From NCBI GenBank assembly GCA_964518565.1, contig CAZFGX010000001.1:360409-424408 (forward strand): a stretch of DNA of 64,000 nt. The letters run 5' to 3'. This DNA is from an uncultured Gammaproteobacteria bacterium (GTDB lineage: Bacteria; Patescibacteriota; Microgenomatia; CAZETR01; Amesbacteraceae). Shown here one piece after another: positions 26,907 through 39,162 of the stretch; positions within the stretch are counted from its first letter, which is position 1, and every line of letters starts with the position of its first letter. A program made the translations under genes and the position numbers. Under the pieces are notes generated by a model that worked only from the letters and a program-made list of their open reading frames with translations, was not told the origin of the DNA and did not search any database.

Positions 26907-27284
26907 ATGATGCTATCGCACGGGTTTGTAATAACAATCTGGAGTTTGGTTTTTATGAATGGAGCCATAAGTCTGGTTAGGCAAAATACAAATAAAGTCC
27001 TACCGTGGGTCTTTTTGGTAGTGACGTTAGTATTGTTATTCTTAGGCACGGCGATTATTGGTGGAAGAATCTTGCCAAACCCGCTCAGGTCTGGGACCGA
27101 ATTAGGATTGGTCAGCGAAGCGTTGTGCGTAATTCTTTGGATAGGTTTGGTGATTTACAAAATCACCAAAAGCCAAAATCTTTTCCTCCGATATATTTGG
27201 CTTGGCATGTTCAGCACCACTTACGTATCTCTAGGGATTGGCGCTTGGCTAATCATGGCTGGTCTAAGTAGTTACTATAAATAG
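26907..27284 (+). CDS. membrane protein (125 aa, 4 TM)
   Basis: ORF 3 nt after previous gene. Confidence 0.5.
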   Translation: MMLSHGFVITIWSLVFMNGAISLVRQNTNKVLPWVFLVVTLVLLFLGTAIIGGRILPNPLRSGTELGLVSEALCVILWIGLVIYKITKSQNLFLRYIWLGMFSTTYVSLGIGAWLIMAGLSSYYK

Positions 27285-27306
27285 AAAAATCCGCAATTTC
27301 TTTTCC

Positions 27307-27345
27307 CGGCGTCTGACAGACAAAATCTGTTAGGCGCCTTTTTTT
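27307..27345 (+). terminator. rho-independent terminator (about 12-bp stem + T7)
   Basis: GGCGTCTGACAG/CTGTTAGGCGCC stem followed by TTTTTTT; preceded by AAAAATCCGCAATTTC motif at 27285-27300. Confidence 0.65.
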
Positions 27346-27469
27346 ATTTTCGCTTGGAAAAATGGTAAAATCTAGCCTCAAACAACCATATACTACAGCT
27401 GTGTATGACTTGTTCTAGTAGTACATTCAAATTGCAGATAAAAATTCGAACAAAAAAAGGAGAATCTGT

Positions 27470-27826
27470 ATGATTCAAGTAATTGAACCAACTCAGGAAA
27501 TACTGAGTAAGTTTATCGGTGGTCAACATGAAGTCCATGACAAAAGAAATACATATGTATACCGTGGTGAAACACAAAACATCACATTGAATGAAGGTAC
27601 GATAAGCATTACTTATGTCTGGCAGGCAAAGCTTGTTGATGGAATCTGGTATGAAGTTAAGCCAGAAACGTATGCAACTGATATCACCATTAGCCTTTTT
27701 GCTGCGCGTCGAGATGGAGTTTTATGTTATCAAACCACTATTATCGGTGAAATCGGCACACTTTTCCCACAAAGTTGGCACGAACCATTGCGCCGGCCAG
27801 TCGTGAGTTTAAAGGAGGAAACATAA
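27470..27826 (+). CDS. hypothetical protein (118 aa)
   Basis: ORF with RBS AAAGGAGAA. Confidence 0.5.
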   Translation: MIQVIEPTQEILSKFIGGQHEVHDKRNTYVYRGETQNITLNEGTISITYVWQAKLVDGIWYEVKPETYATDITISLFAARRDGVLCYQTTIIGEIGTLFPQSWHEPLRRPVVSLKEET

Positions 27827-28135
27827 ATGAGTTCAGTTCTCAACGAACTTCAGCCCTATATCGGTAAAGTCTTGGAAATTGAAGATAATCGTAAGTTGTA
27901 TTTAGGCCAAATCCAACAAATCGAAATCATTGCCCACGGTTTCCTCAAAATCACTTTCTCACAACTTATCACTAAAGAAGGCGCTTTTGGTTGGATTGGG
28001 ACTACGGCAAATGCGTATGCCATTTTTGTTGACCGCATCAAGTGGTTTAGAAATGCTGACAAAAAAATTACCGGTTTCCAGTATGACCAACAAACCTGTA
28101 GGTTCCTAGAACCATCTGCAATGCAAATTGTTTAG
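27827..28135 (+). CDS. hypothetical protein (102 aa)
   Basis: start ATG abuts stop of upstream gene; RBS AAGGAGGAA. Confidence 0.5.
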   Translation: MSSVLNELQPYIGKVLEIEDNRKLYLGQIQQIEIIAHGFLKITFSQLITKEGAFGWIGTTANAYAIFVDRIKWFRNADKKITGFQYDQQTCRFLEPSAMQIV

Positions 28136-28141
28136 TTTTCA

Positions 28142-28169
28142 TAGCGCCCTTTAATCGGGGCGCTTTTTT
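28142..28169 (+). terminator. rho-independent terminator (AGCGCCC/GGGCGCT stem + T7)
   Basis: perfect 7-bp GC-rich stem, 7-nt loop, TTTTTTT. Confidence 0.75.
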
Positions 28170-28192
28170 TATAAAACTGCTAAGATAAATAT

Positions 28193-28795
28193 ATGGCAGT
28201 CGTTACGCCAGTCAAAAATACTTCTAGTGTCTTCGTCCGAGTCATTATTTTTATACTCATATTGGCCGTTATTATTGGCCTAGGTGTCTATCTGTTTCGT
28301 TTATTACGACCTAACAAATCAAACTTCAGCTTCCCCCAAAATACATTTTCTTCCCGAGTCGAGCCTCGCACATATATCGACAAAGATGGTAAAAAAATCA
28401 CCTACTATGTCCTCAACACTCAAAACCAGACCCGTGAAGATTATTATAGTTGTAAATTTGTAGTTGTAGCCAAGGGAACCCTGACTCAATACCAGGGATT
28501 TTTATCAGACTATCAACTCAAAAATTGTAATGCTGCAGGTCGAGAAGTTCGACCCAATTATGAATGTCGCCTAGATAATGGCATTAAAAAATATTTCAAA
28601 TACGAACCTGCTATCACTCTGCGAAAATTTCCTGCCAATTCTAGCCATGAAATCGCCGTGAGTCGATTTTATATTTCCCAGACACTTCTATCCGAAAGCT
28701 TTCTGACTCAAAACCAATTATCCGATATTTTCGAGTATCAAATTTCCTGTAACACGGAGGCTGGCAAAACTGGACTTCACATTCAGACACTGTAA
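28193..28795 (+). CDS. membrane-anchored hypothetical protein (200 aa) with Cys-containing extracytoplasmic domain
   Basis: N-terminal TM anchor; polar C-terminal domain. Confidence 0.5.
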   Translation: MAVVTPVKNTSSVFVRVIIFILILAVIIGLGVYLFRLLRPNKSNFSFPQNTFSSRVEPRTYIDKDGKKITYYVLNTQNQTREDYYSCKFVVVAKGTLTQYQGFLSDYQLKNCNAAGREVRPNYECRLDNGIKKYFKYEPAITLRKFPANSSHEIAVSRFYISQTLLSESFLTQNQLSDIFEYQISCNTEAGKTGLHIQTL

Positions 28796-28826
28796 AAAAG
28801 TCCCCCAATACAGTACAATATCCTCT

Positions 28827-30218
28827 GTGCAAAACAAAAAAACCAAAATCGTCACTACAATTGGTCCATCTTCAGATTCAGCTGAAAAAATGGAAGAACT
28901 CATGCGCGCTGGCGCCAATGTCTTCCGATTCAACATGAAACATGCCACGGTCGAATGGCATGAAGAGCGAATTAAGCTAGCTGACAGCATCGCCAAAAAA
29001 ATTGGTCACACACTAGGAATTTTGATTGATCTTCAAGGTCCGGAAATTCGTCTGGAAACAAAAGACAAAGCTGAAATCAGTGTAGCCAAAGACGAAGTAG
29101 TCGAATTTCATTCCACTTTCAAAGATGACTCAGTCGTGTTTTGCCTCCCGCATGCTTCAATCTTTGATATTCTCAATGCCGGAGATGAATTGCTCATCGA
29201 TGACGGATTCATGGAATTTGATATCCAAAAAGTGACACCAGATCTGATCGTTGCTAAATCTCGAGATGATTATCGCGTCAAAAATCGTAAAGGTGTAAAT
29301 TTCCCAGGTAAAGACATAGATTTGCCCTCCCTTATTGATCCAGATCTAAAAAAGTTAGATATGGCTACCAAAAATAAAGTCGACTTTGTGGCTCTTTCCT
29401 TTGCTCGTCGAAAAAAAGATATCGATATTCTTCGTGCTGAAATGGACAAACGTGGCGTGACCGCAGCTGTGATTGCCAAAATTGAGAGTCAGCAATCTAT
29501 TGATAATTTTGACGAAGTTCTCACCGCCTCAGACGGTATCATGATTGGTCGGGGAGATTTGGGCGTCGAAATACCCATTGAACAATTGGCCTACTGGCAA
29601 AAACAAATCGTTCACAAATGTCGTCTAGCTGGTAAACCGGTCATTGTTGCCACCCAAATGCTCCAAAGTATGACTGAAAATCCTCGTCCGACTCGTGCCG
29701 AAGCCACTGACGTAGCCAATGCCGTCTGGGATGGTACAGATGCCGTCATGCTCTCTGGAGAAACCGCCTTTGGTAAATATCCCATTAAATCCGTTGAAGC
29801 CATGGCCAAAATTGCCGAGTACAACGAAACCAAAGCAGTCATACCTCAACTAGATTTTTCTTCAGACACTTCTACAAAAGCCGTAGTCTCTGCTGCTGCT
29901 ATGTTTAAGCCTAGTGTGTATCTTATCTTTACAGAATCTGGCTACACTGCACGTTTATTATCTAGTTATCGGCCAGATGCCAGAATCATTGCAGTCACTA
30001 AAAATCACAAAGTCGTCGAAGAGTTGAGTTTGTCATATGGTGTTCAGGGAGTAGTAGATAGCCAGCCAAATACTGATTTTCACCTAGACAAACAATTGCT
30101 AGCACATCTCAAGGCACAAAAACTGATCAACTCCGGCGAACAAATGTTGGTCATCCATGGTCAACATGGTCAAATCGCGGGAAGCACCAACAGTCTACTA
30201 CTGACAGTAGTAGAATAA
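28827..30218 (+). CDS. pyk: pyruvate kinase
   Basis: N-terminus (M)QNKKTKIVTTIGP, MKHATVEWHEE, GDLGVEIP; GTG start inferred. Confidence 0.9.
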   Translation: MQNKKTKIVTTIGPSSDSAEKMEELMRAGANVFRFNMKHATVEWHEERIKLADSIAKKIGHTLGILIDLQGPEIRLETKDKAEISVAKDEVVEFHSTFKDDSVVFCLPHASIFDILNAGDELLIDDGFMEFDIQKVTPDLIVAKSRDDYRVKNRKGVNFPGKDIDLPSLIDPDLKKLDMATKNKVDFVALSFARRKKDIDILRAEMDKRGVTAAVIAKIESQQSIDNFDEVLTASDGIMIGRGDLGVEIPIEQLAYWQKQIVHKCRLAGKPVIVATQMLQSMTENPRPTRAEATDVANAVWDGTDAVMLSGETAFGKYPIKSVEAMAKIAEYNETKAVIPQLDFSSDTSTKAVVSAAAMFKPSVYLIFTESGYTARLLSSYRPDARIIAVTKNHKVVEELSLSYGVQGVVDSQPNTDFHLDKQLLAHLKAQKLINSGEQMLVIHGQHGQIAGSTNSLLLTVVE

Positions 30219-30225
30219 ATCTACA

Positions 30226-30984
30226 ATGCACATCTCTATACGGCCCGAGACCTTATTCCATATTGGCAATATTGGTATAACAAATTCACTTCTGACATCC
30301 TGGATTACGGTACTAATCCTAATTATCGTTGGTATAGCTGTAGGAATGTCATTCAAACGATTGCCGTCAAAACTTCAGCAAATCTTCGAGTTAGCATATG
30401 AAACCTTTGACACGATGGCAGTAAATATTATTGGCGAACAGGGCCGTAAATATGTCCCGTTTGTCGTCACATTTTTTCTTCTTATCGTCGTGTCGAACTG
30501 GTTAGGAGTTCTTCCTGGAGTTGGCTCATTGGGATTTTGGCATACCGTACACAATGAAACTGAATTTACTCCACTATTTCGAGGTGCAAATGCAGATTTA
30601 AATACTACACTTGCCCTTGCCCTCGTCAGTGTCGTAGCAACACAAGCAATCAGTATTAAAGCCAATGGCCTACGGGCTCATATATTACACTTTAAAAACC
30701 CACTCGAAATCGTAACCGAATTTTCTAAAATTCTGTCTTTTGCTTTCCGTTTATTTGGCAATGTTTTTGCTGGTGAAGTCTTGCTGGTTGCAGCTGCGTC
30801 TATGATCACCTTAGCTATTGGAAAACCTGCTCTGTGGCATGCATTCCCAGGAGGCCTAATTCAGGCTCCGTTTTTATTACTCGAAGTTTTTGTCGGCTTT
30901 ATTCAAGGCTTTATTTTCTCAGTATTAACCCTCAGTTTTATTGGATTATTCGTCTCCCATACCCCCTCTTCCAAACACGCCTAG
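30226..30984 (+). CDS. atpB: F0F1 ATP synthase subunit a
   Basis: 252 aa polytopic; conserved Arg-containing helix region; first gene of atp operon. Confidence 0.85.
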   Translation: MHISIRPETLFHIGNIGITNSLLTSWITVLILIIVGIAVGMSFKRLPSKLQQIFELAYETFDTMAVNIIGEQGRKYVPFVVTFFLLIVVSNWLGVLPGVGSLGFWHTVHNETEFTPLFRGANADLNTTLALALVSVVATQAISIKANGLRAHILHFKNPLEIVTEFSKILSFAFRLFGNVFAGEVLLVAAASMITLAIGKPALWHAFPGGLIQAPFLLLEVFVGFIQGFIFSVLTLSFIGLFVSHTPSSKHA

Positions 30985-31019
30985 TCTCTATACAAATTCA
31001 GCGAAATTCGTTAGAATAA

Positions 31020-31241
<222 letters not shown>

Positions 31242-31244
31242 ACC

Positions 31245-31733
31245 ATGGAAACCTTAGGGGTAGACCCAGCGCTGGTTATCGCGCAAATCATTAGCTTCAT
31301 TATCCTCTTCGTCGTGTTGAGAAAATTTTTATACCCTCAAATTGAATCAGCACTCAAGTCTCGCCGTCAAGCTATCAAAGACGCTTATCAGGGCAAAGAA
31401 GAAATCGAAGCTCGTCTCAAACAATTTGAAGCTGAAAAAGCTACTGAACACGAAAAATTAAAAAACGATATCCAAAAATTACTTTCCGAAGCCAAGTCAG
31501 AAGCCAGTCAGCTAAAACAAGCAGGCAAAGAAGCCGCCAAGGTCCAAGCATCAAATGAAATTTCATTGGCCAAAAAACAGATCGACCAGCAAAAAGAATT
31601 GGCCAAAAAAGAAATAGAAAAACATGGAACAGATATCGCCAAATCCATTGTCGATGAAATCTTGTCGCAAAAAAAAGCTGATATCAAATGGCAAAAATCC
31701 CAAATCCAGTCCGCTTTAGAATCTTTGAAATAA
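31245..31733 (+). CDS. atpF: F0F1 ATP synthase subunit b
   Basis: N-terminal TM then long charged coiled coil (KQAEKE-rich). Confidence 0.8.
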   Translation: METLGVDPALVIAQIISFIILFVVLRKFLYPQIESALKSRRQAIKDAYQGKEEIEARLKQFEAEKATEHEKLKNDIQKLLSEAKSEASQLKQAGKEAAKVQASNEISLAKKQIDQQKELAKKEIEKHGTDIAKSIVDEILSQKKADIKWQKSQIQSALESLK

Positions 31734-31735
31734 TC

Positions 31736-32062
31736 ATGACCAGCCACACTCCTTCTACAGACCAAATTGTCTCGGGGATCATTAAATATTTATCTGATAT
31801 AGATCAGATCGCTCGCTTACCTGAAATTATTTCCGCCCTCCAAAAACACATTCCGACCATAACGAAAGTTCGCGTAGAGTCAGCAATTGCTCTTTCAGAA
31901 GATGAAAAAGAAACGCTTATGGCATGGATAAAAACACATCTTGAGCAATCGCATGCCGATTTTATGGTCAATCCAGATTTGGTCGGTGGTCTAAAGATCT
32001 GGCTGGGTGACCAAGTATTAGATTTATCTGTTCAAGCCAAGTTGGGAGGATTGTATGTTTGA
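31736..32062 (+). CDS. atpH: F0F1 ATP synthase subunit delta (short form)
   Basis: position between atpF and atpA; C-terminal delta-like motif LVGGLKIWLGDQVLDLSV. Confidence 0.65.
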   Translation: MTSHTPSTDQIVSGIIKYLSDIDQIARLPEIISALQKHIPTITKVRVESAIALSEDEKETLMAWIKTHLEQSHADFMVNPDLVGGLKIWLGDQVLDLSVQAKLGGLYV

Positions 32063-33584
32063 TGCCGCAGATATTGCTGCTTCAATCAAAAAAGAAATTG
32101 CTCACACTCCGAACATTGCTCTAAGTAGTGTTGGTCATGTTCTAACAGTTGGTGATGGAGTGGTTGCGGTTTCAGGTCTGTCTCAAGCTATGGTAGGAGA
32201 GCGCGTAAATTTTGCCAATGGGCTTGATGGAGTAGTATTCAATCTCAAGCCAGACCATGTCGATATTATTTCGCTTGGCAATTCAGATCATCTACGGCCA
32301 GGGGACGAAGTCAAAACTACTGGTGAAATTTTGTCTGTCTCAGCTTCAGATGAACTACTAGGACGAACTGTGGATGGACTACTTGTACCTATCGATGGGC
32401 TCGTTACTAAAATAAAAAAAGTTCACAAAGTTCCTGTAGAAAAAATTGCACCTGGAGTAATCCGGCGTCAGGATGTGCGCACGCCATTGCAGACTGGGGT
32501 AAAAGTCATCGATGCCTTGGTGCCTATTGGTCGTGGACAACGTGAATTAATTATTGGTGATCGCGGAACAGGCAAAACCGCCTTAGCACTGGATGCCATC
32601 ATCAACCAATCTCGATTAAACAAAAATTTAGGCCCCGACCAAAAGCGAGTCATCTCTATTTATGTAGCTATCGGTCAAAAACAAGCCAAAATTGCTCAAG
32701 TCGTAGGCGAGCTCCAACAAGCCAATGCACTCACAGAAACAGTCATCGTTGCTGCAAGTGCATCAGATAGTGCGAGTATGCAATACTTGGCACCGTTTGC
32801 CGCGACTTCCTTGGCCGAATATTTTATGGATCAGGGTGAAGACGTACTTATTGTGTACGACGATCTGACCAAACATGCTTGGGCGTATCGCCAGTTATCC
32901 TTATTGCTACGCCGTCCTTCGGGTCGCGAAGCATACCCAGGGGATATTTTCTATGTTCATAGTCGATTACTAGAACGAGCTGCTCGAATGCATGATGACT
33001 TAGGTGGTGGCTCAATTACTGCCCTACCTGTCATCGAAACCCAAGCCGCTGATATTTCTGCTTATATTCCTACCAATGTTATCTCCATTACGGATGGTCA
33101 AATATTTTTAGACCCAGATGTGTTCAATGCGGGTATTAGACCGGCAATTTCAGTCGGACTCTCAGTCTCACGTGTGGGTGGGGATGCGCAGATCAAAGCC
33201 ATGAAACAAGTGGCTGGAAAAATGAAGCTCGACTTGGCTCAATATCGCGAATTGGCTGCATTTGCCCAATTTGGCTCAGATGTCGATGATGATACAAAAA
33301 AACGTTTAGATCGAGGTAGAGCGCTTACACAATTACTCACACAGCCACAGTTCCAGCCACTAGCGGTTGAGCACCAAGTTGCTCAAATCTGGTTAGGTAT
33401 GAAAGGCTATCTCGACGACATACATATCGACCAAATTTCTACTGCTGTCGAAAGCTTTGTCACTCTTTTATCTGAACATGATGCCAAAGTTCTAGAGCAA
33501 ATCAAAGTAGAAAAAGTTGTGTCGCCTGAATCAGAAAAACTATTAGAAACAGTTGCTCAAAAATTATTAACTCGATTTACCTAA
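32055..33584 (+). CDS. atpA: F0F1 ATP synthase subunit alpha
   Basis: Walker A GDRGTGKT; alpha-type signature and DDLTKHA region. Confidence 0.95.
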   Translation: MFDAADIAASIKKEIAHTPNIALSSVGHVLTVGDGVVAVSGLSQAMVGERVNFANGLDGVVFNLKPDHVDIISLGNSDHLRPGDEVKTTGEILSVSASDELLGRTVDGLLVPIDGLVTKIKKVHKVPVEKIAPGVIRRQDVRTPLQTGVKVIDALVPIGRGQRELIIGDRGTGKTALALDAIINQSRLNKNLGPDQKRVISIYVAIGQKQAKIAQVVGELQQANALTETVIVAASASDSASMQYLAPFAATSLAEYFMDQGEDVLIVYDDLTKHAWAYRQLSLLLRRPSGREAYPGDIFYVHSRLLERAARMHDDLGGGSITALPVIETQAADISAYIPTNVISITDGQIFLDPDVFNAGIRPAISVGLSVSRVGGDAQIKAMKQVAGKMKLDLAQYRELAAFAQFGSDVDDDTKKRLDRGRALTQLLTQPQFQPLAVEHQVAQIWLGMKGYLDDIHIDQISTAVESFVTLLSEHDAKVLEQIKVEKVVSPESEKLLETVAQKLLTRFT

Positions 33585-33585
33585 C

Positions 33586-36219
<2,634 letters not shown>

Positions 36220-36223
<4 letters not shown>

Positions 36224-36429
36224 ACCAAGAATGTCTGAAAACATATTTAGAAGCCAATCCGCAGTTGACTCAAAATTTGAGTTGGAAAACTGATATGAAA
36301 ATTATGTATAGCTGGTGGTCAGCAGTGTGCGGCCAATGTCACTCAGCAATTGCCTTGGAAAAGTCCCGTGATCCCAAACAGCCAGAAATCAAAATCTCGC
36401 CATTAAACAATTTTTGCCCCAAAAAATAG
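36220..36429 (+). CDS. small hypothetical Cys-containing protein (69 aa)
   Basis: ATGA overlap with atpC stop; contains AATCCGCAGTT motif inside; possibly non-coding. Confidence 0.25.
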
Positions 36430-36430
36430 C

Positions 36431-37147
36431 CTATTTCACACACCACAAGCTGCCGATAGGTTGCCACTCTGATAATTGTATTTCTTCAGAAAAAAATGTT
36501 GATGCCGACCCACCATCTAGATTTACCGCCGCTACGATGTCAAATTTATGTGTTTGCTCAAACTCTGTAATCAAGCCAGGTAGCTCTGCCAAAAGCGGAC
36601 CATCTAAAGAAGATGCATCAGTATAAAAACTTAAAAACAACAAATCTCCACTAGAAGTAGCGGCAGCCACCATTCGTCGAGCTTGTTTGTCTCGAACCAG
36701 CTGCAACTCGACCGGTTCGCCCTTATAAAACAGTATCGGTCCAGTTTGTACACCAGACCAAACTTCTGTTTTAGGCAATATATTATCAATCTCTGCCCGT
36801 CCTTGTAGATCTCGAGATAAAAACCCATTAAATAAACTATTTTTTTGAGATGTGTTTATTTGTTTTCCATCTTCGACAAACCACCCAATTGGCGTGTGTG
36901 ATTCGGAATAAAACCCACCATTTATTCCGGCGATGCAGCCATGAGTCTGCTGCAGTGTACTAGAGTCAGCTTTTTGGGAAAAATTGGCGATCAGAGACAA
37001 GGATTGATCTGGATATACATGAAAAAAGCTGGTCTGATATTTTGACGCAGTTTGAGCCAATACTGCTGGCGTTGGTGTGGGAACTACTACGGCCTGCGGT
37101 AGTAATATTCCTCCCAACCAGCCAATAATCATTGTCATAAGTCGCAT
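36431..37147 (-). CDS. secreted phosphodiester glycosidase-family (NAGPA/DUF2233-like) protein
   Basis: signal peptide; motif AAVNLDGGSASTFF characteristic of the phosphodiester glycosidase family. Confidence 0.55.
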   Translation of the reverse strand: MRLMTMIIGWLGGILLPQAVVVPTPTPAVLAQTASKYQTSFFHVYPDQSLSLIANFSQKADSSTLQQTHGCIAGINGGFYSESHTPIGWFVEDGKQINTSQKNSLFNGFLSRDLQGRAEIDNILPKTEVWSGVQTGPILFYKGEPVELQLVRDKQARRMVAAATSSGDLLFLSFYTDASSLDGPLLAELPGLITEFEQTHKFDIVAAVNLDGGSASTFFSEEIQLSEWQPIGSLWCVK

Positions 37148-37167
37148 ATAAATGCTATTGTACCGTA

Positions 37168-37671
37168 GTGAGAATACTCGGTATCGATCCAGGCACTGCC
37201 ACTACTGGCTTTGGCGTACTCGACGCAGATTCGACAGATGCCTTTACATTAATCGACTATGGACTAGTCGAAACCCCCAAGACCTGGGAGCATGGCAAAC
37301 GGCTGGAATTTATTTACGACAACATCACAGACATCCTTACCAAACACAAGCCTGAAATCGTTTCTATTGAACGATTATTCTTTGCCACCAATGCCCTTAC
37401 TGCTATTGCAGTTGGTCAAGCAATTGGAGTTATAAAGCTAGCTATTCATCACCATGGCGTACCTGTATTTGATTACACTCCGATGCAGGTCAAGCTCTAT
37501 GTTGGAGGAGATGGTCGTGCTGATAAAAAAGTGATGAAAGCTGCAGTCAAAACCATGTTTAATATCGAAGAAAAAAAAGGTGAAAAAACTCATTTTGATA
37601 ACACAGCAGACGCGATTGCGATTGCTGTTTGCCATGTTCGTAAGTTAGCCAAAGACGCGAAAAAAGTATAA
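37168..37671 (+). CDS. ruvC: crossover junction endodeoxyribonuclease RuvC
   Basis: N-terminus MRILGIDPGTATTGFGVLD and C-terminal acidic residues (ADAIAIA). Confidence 0.9.
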   Translation: MRILGIDPGTATTGFGVLDADSTDAFTLIDYGLVETPKTWEHGKRLEFIYDNITDILTKHKPEIVSIERLFFATNALTAIAVGQAIGVIKLAIHHHGVPVFDYTPMQVKLYVGGDGRADKKVMKAAVKTMFNIEEKKGEKTHFDNTADAIAIAVCHVRKLAKDAKKV

Positions 37672-37678
37672 TAAATCA

Positions 37679-39160
37679 GTGAAAAAAATTTTGCTTGGTT
37701 TTATCGGCCTAGTTGTGTGCTCCCTTTTAAGTGGTGGCAATAGTGTGCATGCAATTTATCCGCCATTATCTGTTCCAAATAATCGGGTTGGTGTACACAT
37801 ATTAGATCCGAATGAAATTTTTTCCGCTGCCAAACTCGTCAATAGTAGCGGCGGAGATTGGGGATATGTCACATTACCCATTCGCAGTGACGATCGAGAT
37901 ATTGCCAAATGGACTGAATTTTTTCAAAACTGCCGTAAATTACATATCATCCCAATTATTCGGCTCACCACCTATGTCGATCGCACAAATTGGGAATCTC
38001 CGACAGTCTACGACCTGGTAGATTTCGCAAATTTTTTGGATCAAATGCCTTGGCCCACAAACAATCGTTATATCATCGTTTTTAATGAGCCAAATCATGC
38101 CAATGAATGGGGTGGCCAGATTAACCCCGCTGAATACGCCAAACTATTAGTAAACGCTAAAAGCATTTTTTCGGCCCGTTCACCCGATTTTTTCATTCTC
38201 AGTGCTGGACTGGATATGTCCGTTCCGACTAGCAAGACGTCATTAGAAGCATTTCAATTTTATCGGCGTATGACCCAAGCTGTGCCAAGATGGATTGATT
38301 CAGTGGATGGCTTATCTGTGCATTCGTATCCCAATCCTGGATTTTCTGCTCCAGTCAATTCTCGCTCGCGATTTGGACTAAAAAGTTATGACTACGAACG
38401 GACGTATTTACTATCATTAAACTTAACTCGGGTTCAGTCGTTACCATTTTTCGTCACCGAAACAGGTCGGAAAAACCAATATCCGTTTTACACTCCGGCA
38501 TTTACTTCAGTCTGGACTGAGCCAAATATTGTTGCTATCACGCCATTTTTACTCTTTGCTGCTTCGCCAGATTTTGCATCATTTTCCTTGCTGGATCAAA
38601 ATCATCAGCCCAAAGATGTCTACAAAGAAATAGAATCTTTACCTAAGATAGTCGGCAGTCCATTACTGAACCCAAATCAGTCCGTCCTTAGTCCCCGGCA
38701 AAATACCACGGCTTCAGTCCAGGTGGATCCCCAAAAAACCCCATTGATCAATAAAGTGATCAATTTATTTAAAAGAACATTTGCTAAAGAACACTTAGCC
38801 ACGTTAAAAGTACGCGATGTTCAAATTACGATTGAAATCGCAGATACTGAATCCGCCCTGGCTCATGGTCTTTCAGACCGGCCAAGTCTACCAAGTGATC
38901 GTGGTATGTTATTTATTTTTCCAACGGTAGAACCACATAGTTTTTGGATGAAAGATATGCATTTTCCTTTGGATATGATCTGGATCAATAACAACCAAAT
39001 CGTCGCAATTACCGATCGTATCCCACCTCCTGCCGAAACTGGTGGGGTTCCACAGATTGTCTCGCCTGGTGTCCCCACAGACAAAGTCTTGGAGGTAAAT
39101 GCTGGGTTTGCAAAACAGCACAATATCCAAATCGGTGATACCATCGTGCTGCAACAATAA
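37679..39160 (+). CDS. secreted fusion protein: GH-A clan glycoside hydrolase-like TIM-barrel domain + C-terminal DUF192 domain
   Basis: signal peptide; FNEPN and VTETG catalytic-type motifs; C-terminal DUF192 segment (MLFIFP...FWMKDMHFPLDMIWINNN...KVLEVNAG). Confidence 0.6.
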   Translation: MKKILLGFIGLVVCSLLSGGNSVHAIYPPLSVPNNRVGVHILDPNEIFSAAKLVNSSGGDWGYVTLPIRSDDRDIAKWTEFFQNCRKLHIIPIIRLTTYVDRTNWESPTVYDLVDFANFLDQMPWPTNNRYIIVFNEPNHANEWGGQINPAEYAKLLVNAKSIFSARSPDFFILSAGLDMSVPTSKTSLEAFQFYRRMTQAVPRWIDSVDGLSVHSYPNPGFSAPVNSRSRFGLKSYDYERTYLLSLNLTRVQSLPFFVTETGRKNQYPFYTPAFTSVWTEPNIVAITPFLLFAASPDFASFSLLDQNHQPKDVYKEIESLPKIVGSPLLNPNQSVLSPRQNTTASVQVDPQKTPLINKVINLFKRTFAKEHLATLKVRDVQITIEIADTESALAHGLSDRPSLPSDRGMLFIFPTVEPHSFWMKDMHFPLDMIWINNNQIVAITDRIPPPAETGGVPQIVSPGVPTDKVLEVNAGFAKQHNIQIGDTIVLQQ

Positions 39161-39162
39161 AT

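Noticed and set aside
37152-37355. 67-aa ORF overlapping the ruvC start
   Set aside because: Out-of-frame overlap with the strongly supported ruvC N-terminus (MRILGIDPGTATTG).
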